A stretch of 18,891 nt of DNA from the NCBI GenBank assembly GCA_965371515.1, contig CBDUYR010000053.1, positions 1-18,891 on the forward strand, given 5' to 3'. Each line of letters starts with the position of its first letter. Position 1 is the stretch's first letter. Origin of the DNA: an uncultured bacterium. GTDB taxonomy: Bacteria > Krumholzibacteriota > Krumholzibacteriia > Krumholzibacteriales > Krumholzibacteriaceae. The position numbers and the translations under genes were made by a program. The notes below the pieces were generated by a model. That model was not told where the DNA came from, did no database searches, and saw only the letters and a program-made list of their open reading frames with translations. This document shows positions 17,336-18,891 of this stretch, in pieces.

Positions 17336-18028
17336 ATGAGGAAGTATAGGCAACTGGGACTCTGGGCGACATTCATCATCATATTGCTGCTGCAGGTTGC
17401 AGACAGCAGGACAGAGGGAGCATCATGCAAGTCGGATGAATATGAAGTGATGTCATTGCTTATCCGGGAACAATACGACGAGGAATTCAGCCTTATACTG
17501 ATCAACTGTGACACCGAATCATGGTGCCTGCGCGAGCAGCTGGGCTTCCTCCAGAGACAGTGGCCGAAGCTTAAACAGGAGACGATCGATTCTCTTATAA
17601 TCAATAACAGCGGTGCGACGCATCCACTCGCCGAGAAATTCCGTCTCCCCGTTGAATATCGACTTGTATCCGATCGTGAATATCGCAAAGCTCTGCAGAA
17701 TAATACGGATGATCCCGAGGGCAGGACGCTCATGGCGGGTTCCGCGCCAGCCGCTTCCGGGACGGATGCATTCGCCGCGATAAGCGACGCCATTGAGCCT
17801 GACTGGGATAACTTCGACAAGACATACCCCGATGCCCAGGGATACCTGACATTATCAAGAGTCGGGTTTGATTCCGAGTGTACCCAGGCCCTGGTAATAT
17901 ACTCCAACGCTTATCGGTGCAGTGGAGCCCTGATCAGGCCCCGTACACGAAAAATAGCCTGCTTCCGCAAAAGAAGCGGAGCCTGGGAACTGATCGGTGT
18001 ATCGCGCGGTATAGATGCGATGTATTAG
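17336..18028 (+). CDS. Hypothetical exported protein
   Basis: SD GGGGAG; basic then hydrophobic N-terminus; C-terminal segment LTLSRVGFDSECTQALVIY...GAWELI. No function recognised. Confidence 0.7.
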   Translation: MRKYRQLGLWATFIIILLLQVADSRTEGASCKSDEYEVMSLLIREQYDEEFSLILINCDTESWCLREQLGFLQRQWPKLKQETIDSLIINNSGATHPLAEKFRLPVEYRLVSDREYRKALQNNTDDPEGRTLMAGSAPAASGTDAFAAISDAIEPDWDNFDKTYPDAQGYLTLSRVGFDSECTQALVIYSNAYRCSGALIRPRTRKIACFRKRSGAWELIGVSRGIDAMY

Positions 18029-18089
18029 AGTCTGGTATGTAGCAATTTGTGTCAGGTAGTTCAGGTCTTTTTCAATACAAGGAGGACCC

Positions 18090-18737
18090 ATGAGGATCGT
18101 GATAATTCTTTCGTCAATAATCCTGATGTGCCTGCTGTCGGGATGTTCCGATTCGGATTCCGACAACGGGACCGAACCGGTGAGTGTTCCTGATACGCCA
18201 CTCGGATTGACCGTCACCGCTACGGGGCTGACGAGTCTGACACTGTCCTGGGATGTCACGGATGGCGCGACCGAATACGACCTGTTAAGGTCGGAAAGCG
18301 CATCCGGCATTTACGCCGAGGTATATTCAGGGGCGGCAGCCGGATTTGTGGACAACGGCCTTCCATATTCCACGACGTACTATTACAAAGTCGTTGCTGA
18401 GAACTCCGGCGGCGAGAGCGATCCTTCCGATGCAGTAAACGGGACGACCGATGAGCCTGACGGCTTCATCGTCACGGGATCGCCATCAGGAGGCGTAGAT
18501 TATACCTATAATTATTTTACTGAGCTTAACGGCTATCCCCAGTATCGGTCTAATCCCATCGGGTTGAATATAATCGTTCCGTCCGGCGGCGATCAGGCCG
18601 GACTGTGGGTTATCAATGACCAGATAGAGGGAATAAACCTCTTCTACCACCCGACAGCCTCGGATTATCCGTCCACGACAGGCTGGCGTTATGTTTATGG
18701 CGACGCCGCGACATCGATACTCCTTACGGCGTTCTAG
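18090..18737 (+). CDS. Lipoprotein with a fibronectin type III domain
   Basis: SD AAGGAGG; lipobox LLSG-C; FN3 signature PDTPLGLTV...SLTLSW...Y...FVDNGL...TTYYYKVVAENSGGESDPS. Confidence 0.85.
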   Translation: MRIVIILSSIILMCLLSGCSDSDSDNGTEPVSVPDTPLGLTVTATGLTSLTLSWDVTDGATEYDLLRSESASGIYAEVYSGAAAGFVDNGLPYSTTYYYKVVAENSGGESDPSDAVNGTTDEPDGFIVTGSPSGGVDYTYNYFTELNGYPQYRSNPIGLNIIVPSGGDQAGLWVINDQIEGINLFYHPTASDYPSTTGWRYVYGDAATSILLTAF

Positions 18738-18774
18738 CAATAACTAAAACAGCGAGTGCTGAACTGACATTATG

Positions 18775-18806
18775 CAGGGGGCGGGGCCTTCGGGCCCTGC
18801 CCCCTG
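18775..18806. terminator. GC-rich hairpin with cUUCGg loop, copy 2, between convergent genes
   Basis: CAGGGGGCGGGGCC-TTCG-GGCCCTGCCCCCTG lies between the + strand stop at 18737 and the - strand stop at 18841; identical to 14221-14251. Confidence 0.6.
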
Positions 18807-18840
18807 TTGCTGTATAAGAGCGAAGGACGGAGAGGGCGGA

Positions 18841-18891
18841 TCATTTCAGCAGCACCATCTTCTTCGAGATCGCTTCCTTGCCTGCGCGGAG
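18841..18891 (-). CDS. 3' end of another T9SS CTD-bearing protein (partial, enters from the right edge)
   Basis: Minus-strand translation LRAGKEAISKKMVLLK* (TGA at 18843-18841) is a typical CTD terminus. Confidence 0.7.
   Translation of the reverse strand, partial: LRAGKEAISKKMVLLK

Noticed and set aside
15735..18740. ORFs 15735..16415 -, 16553..16855 +, 16917..17108 +, 17140..17907 -, 17855..18310 -, 18486..18740 -
   Set aside because: They are shadows of better-supported genes, or cross terminator and promoter DNA. 16917..17108 is the wrong frame of the CTD remnant.

Overview
GC-rich bacterial window, probably from a non-Bacteroidota FCB-group lineage such as Krumholzibacteriota or Latescibacterota (inference from T9SS-type C-terminal tails combined with strong Shine-Dalgarno sites and canonical sigma70 promoters). 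The main feature is a ~13.2 kb + strand operon-like array. It holds four tandem paralogous ~1,030-aa Cys-rich secreted proteins, each ending in a type IX secretion (T9SS)/FlgD-like C-terminal domain (CTD), followed by a 214-aa, 18-Cys secreted protein with two dockerin-like Ca-binding loops. The array is preceded by a good sigma70 promoter and a ~270-nt structured leader with mutually exclusive helices. The paralogs show a four-gamete (recombination) pattern in their CTD-coding DNA. Downstream are an orphan CTD fragment, an HGSNAT/NagX-like acyltransferase, a lipoprotein with two Spy/CpxP-like repeats, a collapsed signal-peptide-plus-CTD pseudogene that still has a strong promoter, a secreted hypothetical protein and an FN3 lipoprotein. 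Everything after the orphan CTD lies between two identical 31-nt UUCG hairpins. Two partial minus-strand genes missing from the ORF track sit at the edges: a Rho_N-like protein with a Lys/Ala histone-like tract (left) and the end of another T9SS cargo gene (right). No RNA genes, transposases, reverse transcriptase or CRISPR arrays were seen. All calls come from reading the sequence by eye, with no database searches.
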